Source of the DNA: Azolla caroliniana
Lineage: Eukaryota > Plantae > Polypodiophyta
Assembly (NCBI GenBank): GCA_043228905.1
Contig: JBHGNT010000005.1
Coordinates: 10,540,001-10,604,000 of the forward strand
DNA: 64,000 bases
Reading direction: 5' to 3'
Every line of letters begins with the position of its first letter. The stretch's first letter is position 1. The position numbers were made by a program, and so were the translations under genes. Positions 24,736 through 37,585 of this stretch are shown here, piece by piece. The notes under the pieces were generated by a model. The model made no database searches and was not told where the DNA came from. It worked only from the letters and a program-made list of their open reading frames with translations.

Positions 24736-26037
24736 CTATTATAGCTAATTAGCTACTAAAATGGCCACAGCTAATTAGCTATTTGTTTAGCTAGTTTTTT
24801 TGTGGGAAAATCATAAGGATGGTTTATGAAATTTTATGTTTTATTATTTAAATACATGTCATTTAATTGATGAGAATACTCAAATATTTGAACTTTGGTT
24901 TCTAACATAGTGGAACATGGGGAATAGTGCCATCATCTAAGGTCGACTTGAATGACATCAAATTCTTGATAATCCTGAGTTCGAGTTCAAACTCCAAACA
25001 GATGGAGTACTCTGAGCATGAACGCAGACAAAGCCCCCGCAGCAACACAAAAAACTCTGAGATCGACATTGTACCTTCAGAGCTACAACACACGAGCTAG
25101 TCGATCCTCGTCCTGGTATGTATCAGTTACATATTTAAAACATTTTTTCTTTCCTAATTTATAACTATCTATAACTTTGGTGCCTGTTCATCTTTCCCAA
25201 AAATCGAATAGGGTGAAGTCGTTGGAGTCCCAAACAAGGATGTCTTGAAGATCGGGGTGTAGCAGTAGGTGTGTTTCTGATTGACAGAATTTCGTAATAC
25301 GGTTGATTTCTACCTTTAGTGATGATTAGGGTTTGTGTTTCCATTAAGCGGTTTAGGGTTTCTGATTACAAATTTCAGATTGCAAGTTTCTGGTTACAAT
25401 TTTCTAATTACAAATTTCTGATTACTATCGCAATCTGTTGTAATTTTGCACCAATTCTCATGACAAATTCTGATTAGGGTTTTTGATTTTTTAAGTGGTT
25501 GATTTCTGATACATGTTGAAAAGAACAGATTACAAATTTCAGATTACTGTCTCAAAGTGTTCTAATATTGCACCAAATTCACATTAAAAATTCTGTTTTT
25601 GCACCAATTCTGATTACTGATTTTCTATTTCAAGTGACTCATTCCTCCCTATCCTAGAGTGCTGAACTTCGAAAAAATTTGCGAGACAAAGGAGGAGTTT
25701 CACAACATATATGGTCTATCACTCGAGGGTATTGACCTTGTTGTTCTAACTGATAGATTGATTAGTGATGTAGATTGGATGTTAGTATATAAAGTGCCTA
25801 GAGTGAAAGGCAAGCTCAAGCTCAAGCTCAAGCATGTACAACCGGACCTGTACGACGAATGCATGAGACTGCACCAGAAAGTACATCAAGAGATTCCAGT
25901 CAACAACGAGTTGTCAGTTTCATTTGCCAGAGCTTTTGCATACGAGTATTGCAAAACAGCAAAGGAATCTCGTGACCCTGAAATGTATAGGGTAGCTTGG
26001 GCAATTTATGGTGAGGCATCGGTAGAAAGATGTCAGA

Positions 26038-29000
26038 AGATGGGGACAGGTCCCTCCGGATGGGAAGGGAGACGAACAGTGCTGATGAGCAAACCGGATG
26101 AGGAGTACCCGGCTTCGGAGAGTCGGATGGTGCAGACCCGGTGAGAACCGGATGAGGAGTACCCGGCTACGGAGAGCCGGATGGTGAAGACCCGGTGAGG
26201 AGTGCTCACCGGATGAAGAGACATATTCGTAAATATGTTTCTGAGAGTCCATCGTGGCTATATTTGTAAATAGCCGAAAAGTGATATTAGTATAAATATG
26301 ACTTAGGGCAAACTTTTGTAGGGTGGTTGTCATTCTTGTTGGTGCAAGGAGAGAGAGAGCGTGTAACTGTGTACAGAGAGGGAGAGAGAGAAAGAGGTCG
26401 TTGCCTCTGATGTAACCGCCGCCTGTGGCGAGGATCGTGAGCACGAGGTCGTTGCCTCCATGAACTCACTATTGTACATTCTAACATAGTGATAGTTTGC
26501 AGCTTGTGGGCTGCCGTGGTTTTTCCCTTGGTTTGGGTTTTCCACGTAAACATCCTGCGTACTCTTCTCTTCTTCGTGTTGTGCATTCTTTCACCGTTTT
26601 TCTATGTATGATTCCAAGCTCAGTTGTGGCCGAGCGCTGCGCATAAGGAATGTGTAGTTCCCATCAAGTGGTATCAGAGCGAAACGACACAGAAAATGGA
26701 CGATTCGTTGGGAGGCATGTTCAAGCTCACCGGCTCCAACTATTCGGTATGGAAGTCGAAGATGAGAGACATGCTCGTGGTTAAAGATCTTTGGTTGCCG
26801 GTTCAGTTTGGGGACAAGAGACCGGATAAAATCGACACCACGATATGGGAGGTGATGCACATGAAGACAACGGCTTACATACGGTGCTTCATCGACATGA
26901 GCCTATACAACAACTTCAATGAAGAGAGCAAGGCTCATGAGCTCTGGGAGAAGATCGGCATTATGTTTCAAAACAAAAATGTTGTTAATCAGGTTTCGGT
27001 ATTCCGGAAGCTAGTAAGACTCCGGTACCAAGATGGCTCCAACATGGCGGAGCACATGAATGCCTTCCAGGGGCTGATCCACCAAGCAACATCATTGGAA
27101 GTACCTCTCACCGACGAGGTACTGGCACTACTCCTGCTCGGTTCCCTCCCAGATAGCTGGGAGACGTTGGTTGTCACCTTGGGCAACGCCGGGCCGGAAG
27201 GAAAATGGTTATCCCTAACAAGAGTGAAGTCGAGCTTGCTAGATGAGGAGGCGCGTCGGAAAGATAAGGATACAAGCTCCGATTCCAAAGCGCTCCTTAC
27301 CGAATCGGAACGCAGAAGACATAGAAACCGTAGTCCCCAGAACCGGGAAAAGTCGGGGACACGGTCAAAGTCAAGGGAGAGGCCTACTTGCTTCTATTGC
27401 GGCAAGCCAGGACACTTCCAGAAGAACTGTCGGCATTTCCGAAAGGACAAGGAAACCGACGGTGCCGATTCGAAGCAGATACCGGACCGGAATGGTAAAG
27501 ACCAGAGGGGAACGGACTGGAAGGGGATGACGGCAATCGCGGCAAGTGAAGAAGAGTTGATGCTCATCACCGAGGAGAGTGAGATAAACCTTGCCGGCGA
27601 CGAGATGACCTGGGTGGTCGACTCTGGAGCGTCGTTCCACCTTACCCCGGACCGGAAATGCTTCTCATCCTACTCAGTCGGTGATCACGGCTGTGTCCGG
27701 ATGGGGAATGAAGGAACATGCCGAATTGTCGGCATAGGAGACGTGTGGCTGACAACACCAACCGGATGCAAGTTGTTACTGAAGGATGTCTGACACGTTC
27801 CAGAGGTTCGTCTGAACCTAATATCAGCTGGTCGGCTAGATGATGAAGGCTACATGGGTAGCATCCGGAACGGTGTCATGAAGTTCAGCAAAGGGAGCCT
27901 GATTGTGGCTCGGGCCTGGAAGGTAAACACACTGTACCTGATGAATGCCTGGTTATGTCCAGAGGAAGTGAACGTGGCATCTGACACTGTCAGTGAGTTG
28001 TGGCACAAAAGGCTGTGTCACATGAGCGAGAAGGGGATGAAGAGGCTTGCAGACGGCAACCTCATTCCAGTGAAGAACGTGCACTTGGAGAAGTGCACTG
28101 ATTGTCTGGCCGATAAGCAAAACCGGACCTCTTTCCGATCAAGGCCACCGATGAGACGTAATGCGCCATTGGAGTTGGTGCATACGGATGTATGTCAAGT
28201 GGATAAGAAGTCACATGCCGGATCGCAGTACTTCGTGACGTTCATAGATGACCACGGCCGGAAGCTGTGGGCCACACCATTGAAGACGAAGGATCAGGTG
28301 TTATTCGTCTTCAAAGAGCTTCACGCGAGAGTGGAAAGAGAAACTGGCCGAAAACTGAAGGCGGTTCAAGCAGATAGCGGAGGTGAATACCGGGGGCAGT
28401 TCGAGGAGTACTGTCGCTCGAAGGGAATCCGGCTCGAATAATGGAGAGGGTCCGGAGTATGCTATCGCATGCAAAACTACCCAAGAAATTTTGGACTGAG
28501 GCACTATCGACGACGACATATGTGATAAACATATCACCCTCAGTACCCTAGGACGGAGACACGCCACAGAGAGTATGGACCGGTAAGGAAGTGTCCTACC
28601 GGCATCTGAAGGTATTCGGGTGTCTCGCGTACGTGTATCTAGCTAAGGACCGGAGAAGAAAGTTAGATCCAAAGACCCGGCCATGCATATTCCTCAGCTA
28701 CGGAGACGATGAGTTCGGCTACCGAGTGTGGGACCTGGTTGACAAGAAGGTATTCCGGAGTCGAGATATTATCTTCATGGAGGACAAGACGCTCGCCGAC
28801 TGGGAGTCGGAGAAGAAGATAATGAACTCCAAGTCGACCGGTAAGGATCGATTCTACGATGAGCAGACTCAACCGGCGAGAGACCGGTTAGCACTCGAAG
28901 AACCTGCCGGTTACGGTGAGGATACAGAATAGGTTGAAGAAGAAGTAGAGGAAGCCGAATCCGGAACCGGCCAAGACCCCGAATCGGATTCAGATGAAGA

Positions 29001-31276
29001 GAAAATGGAGGAGCCGGTTACCGAAGCCCGAAGACGGAGATATCCTCTCAAAGAGAGAAGGCCCCCCCGGAGATTTCCGGATGTAGAGCATGTGCTGCTA
29101 ACCGATGAGGGGGAGCCAAAAAGCTACGAAGAAGCGAAGGATGACACCCACAACCGCAAATGGTTAAGTGCCATGCAGGATGAGCTGGATTCCCTGCATG
29201 AGAACCATACGTATAAATTGGTGGAGTTGCCGAAAGGAAAGCGGGCACTCTGAAACAAGTGGGTGTACAAGTTGAAACCGGGAGATGCCGGCAACCCCCC
29301 GAGATACAAAGCCAGGATCGTGGTGAAGGGGTTCCAACAGAAGAAGGGCGTGGACTTTGATGAGATATTTGCCCCGGTAGTAAAGATGACCTCCATCCGA
29401 ATGGTGTTCAGTATAGCGGCGAGCATGGACCTCGAGGTAAAGCAGCTGGACGTGAAGACGGCATTCCTTCACGGCGACCTCGAAAGGATTCGTGGAGAAA
29501 GAGAAGGAGCACCTGGTATACCGGTTGAAGAAGAGCCTCTACGGGTTGAAGCAGGCCCCCCGGCAATGGTACCGGAAGTTTGACTCCTTCATGACCGATC
29601 AAGGGTACCACAAGACGCAGGCCGATCACTGCGTGTTTGTGAAGGAGTTCGAAGGAGGCAACTTCCTGATACTCCTTCTGTACGTGGATGACATGTTGAT
29701 CGTCGGATGGGACCAAGTCAAAATACGGATGCTGAAGAAGGCTCTCAACCGGACCTTCTCAATGAAAGACTTGGGTCCGGCAAGACAGATGTTGGGGATG
29801 CATATTATCTGAAACTGGTCAGTGAAGCAATTGTGGCTGTCACAGGAGAAGTACGTGACAAAGGTGCTTCACCGGTTCAACTTGGCAGATGCGAAACCGG
29901 TCGGATCGACACTTCCGGCAAACTGTAGGTTATCCGGTAAGCAAAGCCCGAAGACGAAAGCAGAGAAGGCGGATATGATGAAGATTCCATATGCCTCTAC
30001 CGTCGGGAGCTTAATGTAGGCAATGGTTTGTACCCGACCGGATATAGAATACGCAGTCGGAGTGATGAGCCGGTTTATGAGCAATCCCGGCAAGGAGCAC
30101 TGGAACGCGGTCAAATGGATACTCCGGTACTTGAAGGGCACTTCAAATATGTGTCTCCGCCTCGGTTCCGGAAAACCTCAACTTGACAGTTTCACCGATT
30201 CGGACATGTCGGCTGATGTGGATACCAGCCGGTCTGCATCCGGGTATGTAATGACATATGCAGGGGGAGCTGTATCGTGGCAGTCGAGGCTGCAGAAGAC
30301 GGTTGCATTATCAACCATGGAGGCGGAGCGGAGTACATGGCGGTTGTGGAAGCCGGCAAGGAAATATTAGGGATGAAGGACTTCATCGGAGAGCTCGGTA
30401 TCCGGCCAGATGAATACCGGCTCTATTGCGACAGTCAAAGTGCCATCCACCTTGCTAAGAATACTGCCTACCATTCCCGGACGAAGCATATCTAGCAAAG
30501 GTATCACTGGATCCGGGAAAGAGTAGATGACCAGGAGTTCGCGCTGACGAAGATCCACACAGCCGAGAACGGGTCGGATATGCTGACCAAAGTATTGATA
30601 CCCGACAAGCTGGATGCATGCAGGAAGCGGATTGGACTAGTAAGACACCCCATGCCGGAGTGAAGGGGGAGTTTGTTGGGAGACAGGTCCCTCCGGATGG
30701 GAAGGGAGAAGAACAGTGTTGATGAGCAAACCGGATGAGGAGTACCCGGCTTCGGAGAGTCGGATGGTTCAGACCCGGTGAGAACCGGATGAGGAGTACC
30801 CGGCTACGGAGAGCCGGATGGTGAAGACCCGGTGAGGAGTGCTCACCGGATGAAGAGTCCATCGTGGCTATATTTGTAAATAGCCGAAAAGTGATATTAG
30901 TATAAATATGACTTAGGGCAAACTTTTGTAGGGTGGTTGTCATTCTTGTTGGTGCAAGGAGAGAGAGAGTGCGTAACTGTGTACAAAGAGGGAGAGAGAG
31001 AAAGAGGTCGTTGCCTCTGTTGTAACCGCCGCCTGTGGCGAGGATCGTGAGCACGAGGTCGTTGCCTCCATGAACTCACTGTTGTACATTCTAACATAGT
31101 GATAGTTTGCAGCCTGTGGGCTGCCGTGGTTTTTCCCTTAGTTTGGGTTTTCCACGTAAACATCCTGCGTACTCTTCTCTTCTTCATGTCGTGCATTCTT
31201 TCACCGTTTTTCTATGTATGATTCTAAGCTCGGTTGTGGCCGAGCGTTGCGCATAAGGAACGTGTAGTTCCCGTCA
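26038..31276 (+). mobile_element. Two-LTR decayed Ty1/Copia (family A) nested in the DNA transposon
   Basis: LTRs about 26038-26666 and 30674-31276, PBS 26669-26680, PPT tgaagggggag. Motifs CFYCGKPGHFQKNC, WVVDSGAS, VHTDVC, LDVKTAFL, YVDDM, FTDSD; several stops and deletions. Confidence 0.93.
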
Positions 31277-31299
31277 CGTAAGCTATATAAAGTGTGGAA

Positions 31300-33315
31300 A
31301 CTATTTAGCTATTATGCTTGTAGTGTACTAGCTAATTACCTACCATGTACTTAATTAGCTAAGTGGTAGCTAATTAGCTACTACCATAGTTTAGCTGAGT
31401 AGCTAACTAGCTACCACTTAGCTAATTAGCTACTATCATAGTTTACTACACTAGCTAATTAGCTACTACCATAGTTTAATACATTAGCTAAGTGGTAGCT
31501 AATTAGCTACTACCATAGTTTACTATAGTAGCTAATTAGCTACTACCATAGTTTAGTACATTAGCTAATTAGCTAAGTGGTAGCTAAATAACTACTACCA
31601 TAGTTTAGTGCAGTAGCTAATTAGCTACTATCATAGTTTAGTGCAGTAGCTAATTAGCTACCACTTAGCTAATTAGCTACTACCATAGTTTAATACAATA
31701 GCTAATTAGCTACTACCATAGTTTTATTCAGTAGCTAATTAGCTAAGTGGTAGATAATTAGCTACTACCATAGTTTAGTACAATAGCTAATTAGCTACCA
31801 ATTAGTTAATTTGCTACTACCATACTTTAGCAGAGTGGCTAATTATGTAAGTGGTAGCTAGTTAGCTACTACCATAGTTTAGTACAGTAGCTAGTTAGGT
31901 GAGTGGTAGCTACTTAGCGACTACCATAGTTTAGTACAGTAGCTAATTATCTTAGAGGTAGCTAATTAGAGACTACCATAGTTTAGTATAGTAGCTAATT
32001 AGCAAACTGGTAGCTAATTAGCTACTACCATAGTTTAGTATAGTAGCTAATTAGCTACCATAGTTTAGTGCAGTAGCTAATTAGCTACCATAATTTAGTA
32101 CAGTAGCTAATTAGCTACCATAGTTTAGTACAGTAGCTAATTAGCTAAGTAGTAGCTAATTAACGACTACCATACTTTAGCTAAGAAGCTAATTAGCAAA
32201 GTGGTAGCTAATTAGCTACTACAATAGTTTAGTACAGTCGAAAATTAGCTAAGTGGTAGCTAATTAGGTACTACCATAATTTAGTACAGTAGCTAATTAG
32301 CTACTACCATACTTTAGTTATAGTGGGTAACTAGCTAGTACCATACTTTAGTTGAGTAGCTAATTAGCTAAGTGGTAGCTAATTAGGTACTACCATAGTT
32401 TAGTACAGTAGCTAATTAGCTACGTGGTAGCTAATTAGCGACTACCATACTTTAGCTGAGTAGAAAATTAGCAAAGTGGTAGCTAATTAGCTACTACCAT
32501 AGTTTAGTACAGTAGCTAATTAGCTACTACCATACTTTAGTTATAGTGGCTAACTAGCTAGTACCATACTTTAGTTGAGTAGCTAATTAGCCAATTAGCT
32601 AAGTGGTAGCTAATTAGGTACTACCATAGTTTAGTACAGTAGCTAATTAGATAAGTGGTAGCTAATTAGCGACTACTATACTTTAGCTGAGTAGCTAACT
32701 AGCAAAGTGGTAGCTAATTAGCTACTACCATAGTTTAGTACATTAGCTAATTAGCTACTACCATACTTTAGTTATAGTGGCTAATTAGCTAGTACCATAC
32801 TTTAGTTGAGTAGGTAATTAGCTAATTAGCTAAGTGGTAGCTAATTAGATACTACCATAGTTTAGTACAATAGCTAATTAGCTAAGTGGTAGCTAATTAA
32901 CAACTACCATACTTTAGTTGAGTAGTTAATTAGCAAAGTGGTAGCTAATTAGCTACTACCATAGTTTAGTACAGTTGCTAATTAGCTAAGTGGTAGCTAA
33001 TTAGCTTCTACCACAGTTTAGTACAGTAGCTAATTAGCTAAGTGGTAGCGAAATAGCTATTATCAAACTTTAGTTGAGTAGCTAATTAGCTAAGTGGTAG
33101 CTAATTAGCTACTACCATAGTTTAGTACAGTAGCTAATTAGCTACTACCATACTTTAGTTATAGTGGCTAACTAGCTAATACCATACTTTAGTTTAGTAG
33201 CAAATTAGCTAGTCCCATACCTAAGCGAAGTAGCTAATTAGCTCAGTGGTAGCTAATTAGCTAATGTCATAGTCTTGAAGAATAGCTAGTTAGCTAAGAT
33301 GTAACTAATTAGCGA
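31300..33315. repeat. About 2-kb TAGCTAATTAGCTA palindrome array inside the predicted ORF A intron
   Basis: Dozens of 14-bp palindromes alternating with AGTGG, CTACCATAGTTTAGTACAG or CTACCATACTTTAGTTGAG; bracketed by GT at 31278 and AG at 33329. Confidence 0.95.
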
Positions 33316-34032
33316 CCATGTTGTTGTAGAATCTTGTGAATTAATGAGGGCGCATGACCTGTCTGGTGCTGATGACACTGCAATCGATGAGGAGATAGTT
33401 GCCAACGTGGCTAAAAGTAAGAGTCCTACTATCGCATCTCCTTCAGATCAACTCCACCCTATTCCTTTGGAAGATGGTAATGAATTAGGCAACGATGTGA
33501 AAAGCCATGAAATATTGGAAACAACATGTAAATCTGAGGTTTACAACAATAGTGTTTTTGAACACTTGATGCAACATTTCTTCGAATCCCAAAACCTTGA
33601 TTCAACCCCAATGAGCGCAACTACTGATAATGTCCGAAAAGATCCCACTATACTGGAAAAGCTAGTGCAAGACGTGGCTGACCTGCAAGCTGCTACTCAG
33701 GTGATGGAAAGTTTGTCGGAGGAGGACACACTTGTGCAATGGGTCAAAGAAGCAAGGCTAAATGGGCAACTGGCTAGAAAAAGGGTGAAGAAGGGGCCAC
33801 GATTGGGGATAAGACCAATTACTCGGTCAAGGGACTCTTGAATTGGAGCGAAATACTTAATAGTGGGATATGATTGTTAGCGATTTTCCTAGGGTTTTAT
33901 GATGTTTTGCTATGATCTATTTGGACAAGTAAAACCTCAGATTGGTTGTTGCTTGATCCACATTATGTAATGGAACTCTATGATGTTTCTCCAAGATAAT
34001 TATGTTCATGTTTCTATGATGGGAAATATTTC

Positions 34033-35075
34033 ATGTTCATTAAGTTGTTTTGTGAGACTGTTAGTTACTTTGTGAGTGTGAATATGTTGGTGGTTTCTGA
34101 TGTTGCAAAGTACAAAGGGTTTGAATCTATTGCTCCTAAGGCCGATGGCAGTGTGGAAACCGTTGATGTTGTTGCGTGTTTAGAGGGCAACATCTTGAAA
34201 GTAGATGCAGCAACTGACACAAATGATCTAGTGACACAAGTTGATCAAGCATGTTGCACAGATGATCTGATTTTGCAGGTAGATGCAGCATGTGATACTA
34301 GTGGGCTAATATCGACTGGATCAGTATCTACATGCACTGAGCCAATGACTAAGTCGACAACACAACAAGGTCGACCAGGGGTTTGAAGAGGAAAAGGACA
34401 CCAATTGTGTCGACAGAACCGTAGTCGATTGACCTTGATCATGTGCTACCAGTAATTGGTGTAACAGACGCTCAATTACAGGAATGGAAACCTAAACCAT
34501 TAGAAGTCAAAAGAAGAGCCTTGATCTTGGAGCTTTAGAAAGTCCTGATGAGTGTGCGATATATGACACCAAGGACAGACGCAAATCAATTTCTAGAGTG
34601 GGTTGTGCAATATTTTGATTTGTTTATTTGGAGCGAAAAACCACGTACAAATGTGTGGAAGTGTGTAGAAAGATTCTTCCCGAAGTGGCGACAACATTTT
34701 AAGGGCCAGTGGACATGAGAGAATTGTGAGCAGAATGATGTTGCAAGATTCAAAAGACTTTCTGATTTTTGGGACACTTGGCCAGATTATAATGCCGACA
34801 ATACGTTGATTCTGGATACAGAACTTTTCCGACAATACTTCAACATTCACAGATGTTGTCTCATTCTACCCGATGAAATGCCTAAACACTGTTTGGTGAA
34901 AACATTGAGCTACCAACTAGCTACATGGTTGTGGACTCCATACCGTGCTCAGTATGCAGATCATATATGTAGAGAAGTTCCACTGACCAGCAAGAGCTTC
35001 GCTATTTATAGACGATTTCAAGACATTGGCAATGGGATGTTACAAATATGTAATTTGCTACCACTTAATCAATGA
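34033..35075 (+). pseudogene. Passenger ORF B: 13-aa repeats, KRKR basic motif and an FCP1/NIF-like (HAD-fold CTD-phosphatase-like) domain
   Basis: After a frameshift near 34380 the frame reads LKRKRT...KRRALILEL*KVL...PRTDANQFLEWVVQYFDLFIWS...NVWKCVERFF...WT*ENC...FKRLSDFWDTWPDYNADNTLILDTE...FNIHRCCLILP. Motif order matches NIF/FCP1 domains. Confidence 0.7.
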
Positions 35076-36073
35076 AGAATTAAATTGCTTGTTTTGAGTA
35101 ACTTATCTACTGTGTAATTTTCAGAGTATGTTCAGGATTGTTGATTTCATGATAGTGCTTTTTCTTAAAATTATGCAAACTATTTTAACTTGTACATGGC
35201 TCACTTGAGTAAATCTGTATCTCAGAAAGAAGAACCCTAAACGATATTATTAAATTGTATATCAGATAGAAGACTGATAGAAGAAGCACAAAAAGTAGAC
35301 TGTATATGAAAAAAAAAACTCCCAAACAGGTCCATTAAACTGTTTATTTGCAATACATGTGCTTTGTTTGTTTTACAAGAAAACTGGTAATTGCTACTTG
35401 TAGCTACAAATTCCATGGCATACTGTTGTAATTACTTTCATACACATTAGCACTAAATGTGTATAAACCTGAGTAGTTATTGTATTGCGACATTGGGACA
35501 TTGATGCACCTGACCAAATGAGAGTACATGTACGCCACTAGTTTGTCTTCTAATAGCTTATACACATAATCGTAATCATCTAGTCTTGCATAAAAAATAC
35601 CTTCGATGTAGAATGTCCCGGTAGATACAACATTACCCCAAGCATCTAATATATTCTGTGTTGCACACTGTTTACTAACCATGCACTTCAATATATAGAA
35701 ATCAACACCATTTGAGTTGCCTTCTTCTGCATTTACAGCAAAATTATCCCCAACATTTGAGACATCACTCAGAGTATCTCCACGTCCTTGATATGTGAAG
35801 TCCGCATTCTTTTCTGTTTCCCCATCAACTGCTTCCTTATCGTTCAATGTATGATACTCCCAATTTTGAATATATGCTTTGTTTAAACAATACCTCCAAT
35901 TTCCCTGCACACAATGGAAGCAAAAACAAGTTAATTCTCTAACCGCAATACAATGACCATCCAACCTAAAATAACCGCGAACAGCATGGAGAGATCGCAA
36001 TTCGGGAATTCCTTGGCACTCCTAGGTCTTCTCCCTATTTACTTCATCTATCTTCACTTCCCAAAATTCACGT

Positions 36074-36822
36074 TGTCGTAGTGTATTTCGTACACTACGT
36101 GAAAATAATATAAAATAAACGATTGAATAAATATGAAGAAAAAAGAAGAAAATATCAAAATAAGCATTACGTGCATAGGGCAACATTCGAATCTTGCACC
36201 TCCATGTTAATAATGTAATGTCTTACCATTGCACTAGCATTTCATTAGTGTTAAAAAGTAGATGTTCCACATAGAAAGGTTAGTTCGCCTAGGATAAACT
36301 TTAGTTAAAAGAAAACGCATGCTAAAAGAAAAAGCTACGCATGCACATCTAGCGTGCATGAACGTTATAGTTGATAAAAAACGCTCAAGTTAGAAAAAGC
36401 ATGATCTCTTTAGATAAAGCATATAGTCTATCTATAGGAAAAGCATGGAGTCTATAGTTAGAGAAGAAAAAGCATGGATTGCTAAGACTCCCTCATAACT
36501 ACATAAGGATCGGGAGCACAATGTAATAGGTGTGTGGAATATTTGGAAATTGGATATATTTCCTAAAACACCAATTAATAAAATTATACTCGTGGGATTC
36601 ATGAGGTTTCTATATCTATGTCTTTCATTCTAATTTCATATTCTTATCCTAATATTGATTAAATCAAATACATTAGACTCGTGGGATTCATGAGGTGTTC
36701 TATCTCTATTTCTAACAATCTATTCATAACTAGATTAACCTCAAATTCTTCTTCCTCCTAGTCCAAAACCCCAATGGTTCCCACCCGACTCACGCAACGA
36801 TCTGGAGCCAAAAGGCACAACA
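36074..36822. mobile_element. Solo LTR (family C), 4-bp TSD ACGT, inserted in the transposase
   Basis: TGTCGT...ACAACA flanked by acgt; removing it restores the frame RDIKR|EFWEVK. Confidence 0.9.
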
Positions 36823-37585
36823 ACGTTTGATATCTCGGACTTGTGAGGAATAAACACCAATTGCACTCGTTGACATATTAGCTCTTAAAAATTCAACTAC
36901 ATGTGTTGCACAATTCATCTGCACACCATCTGCCTTTAGTAGTTCATGGGTAAGTGCCCGCTTTATAACAACACCTACACCATCATGTTCACCTTTACCA
37001 TGGCCAGACCCAAAAAATTCCATCTCATCTCCAAACCTGTTATAGCAGGATACCTCCCCACAAAATATAATGGACGTCTAGCCTTGAATTGTGATGAAGC
37101 TCCATCAGACCGGACCCAATGTTGAGTAAGCTCCAAACGTTTAGCTAATAACGTTTAGCTAATTCATTTGGACACCACCTAAATCTACTAGGGCCACAAT
37201 CTTGACATAAACCCATGACACATTTATGACTGTGGAAGATGGCCTCAGTTTTTGTCGGACACAATACTGAATCTAAAAGACAACTCATGGAAGAGATAAC
37301 ATGCTCAGATGATTTACAGTGCTCATGCGGGCTCGATCGACAAATTGGGCACACACAAGTGCAAACTACATTTGTTAGGGAGGCGCTATGGTGACGTAGT
37401 AGATTAATAAAGTCCTTGAGAAAACCCATTTGTACATGATAAATGCAACAACATGTGTATCGATCCTTCAAGCATCTCACAAAGTGTGGCTTAAGACACT
37501 CGAATGTTCGTAGTTGAACTTTGATATTTGGATGCATCCACCTGAACCTAATAAATAAATCGACCTGCGTAATAAAATGGACATA

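Larger units (their letters stand above)
25018..33841 (+). pseudogene. Passenger ORF A of the DNA transposon (spliced, unknown protein), disrupted by a Copia
   Basis: Candidate exons: 25018-25115 (MNADKAPAATQ..., donor gtatgt), 25212-about 25268, about 25635-26037 (LYDECMRLHQKVHQEIPVNNELSVSFARAFAYEY...VAWAIYGE), then donor gtaagc at 31278, acceptor tgtag at 33329, and 33330-33841. The 5' exons are tentative. Confidence 0.55.

Noticed and set aside
25920-26586. Minus-strand ORFs of 174 and 99 aa (and twins at 30455-31196)
   Set aside because: Chance frames through the Copia LTR, repeated only because the LTR is repeated.
31300-33315. CRISPR-like alternation of a palindromic repeat and spacers
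   Set aside because: The spacers are two or three recurring sequences rather than unique ones, there are no cas genes, and the context is a eukaryotic TE.
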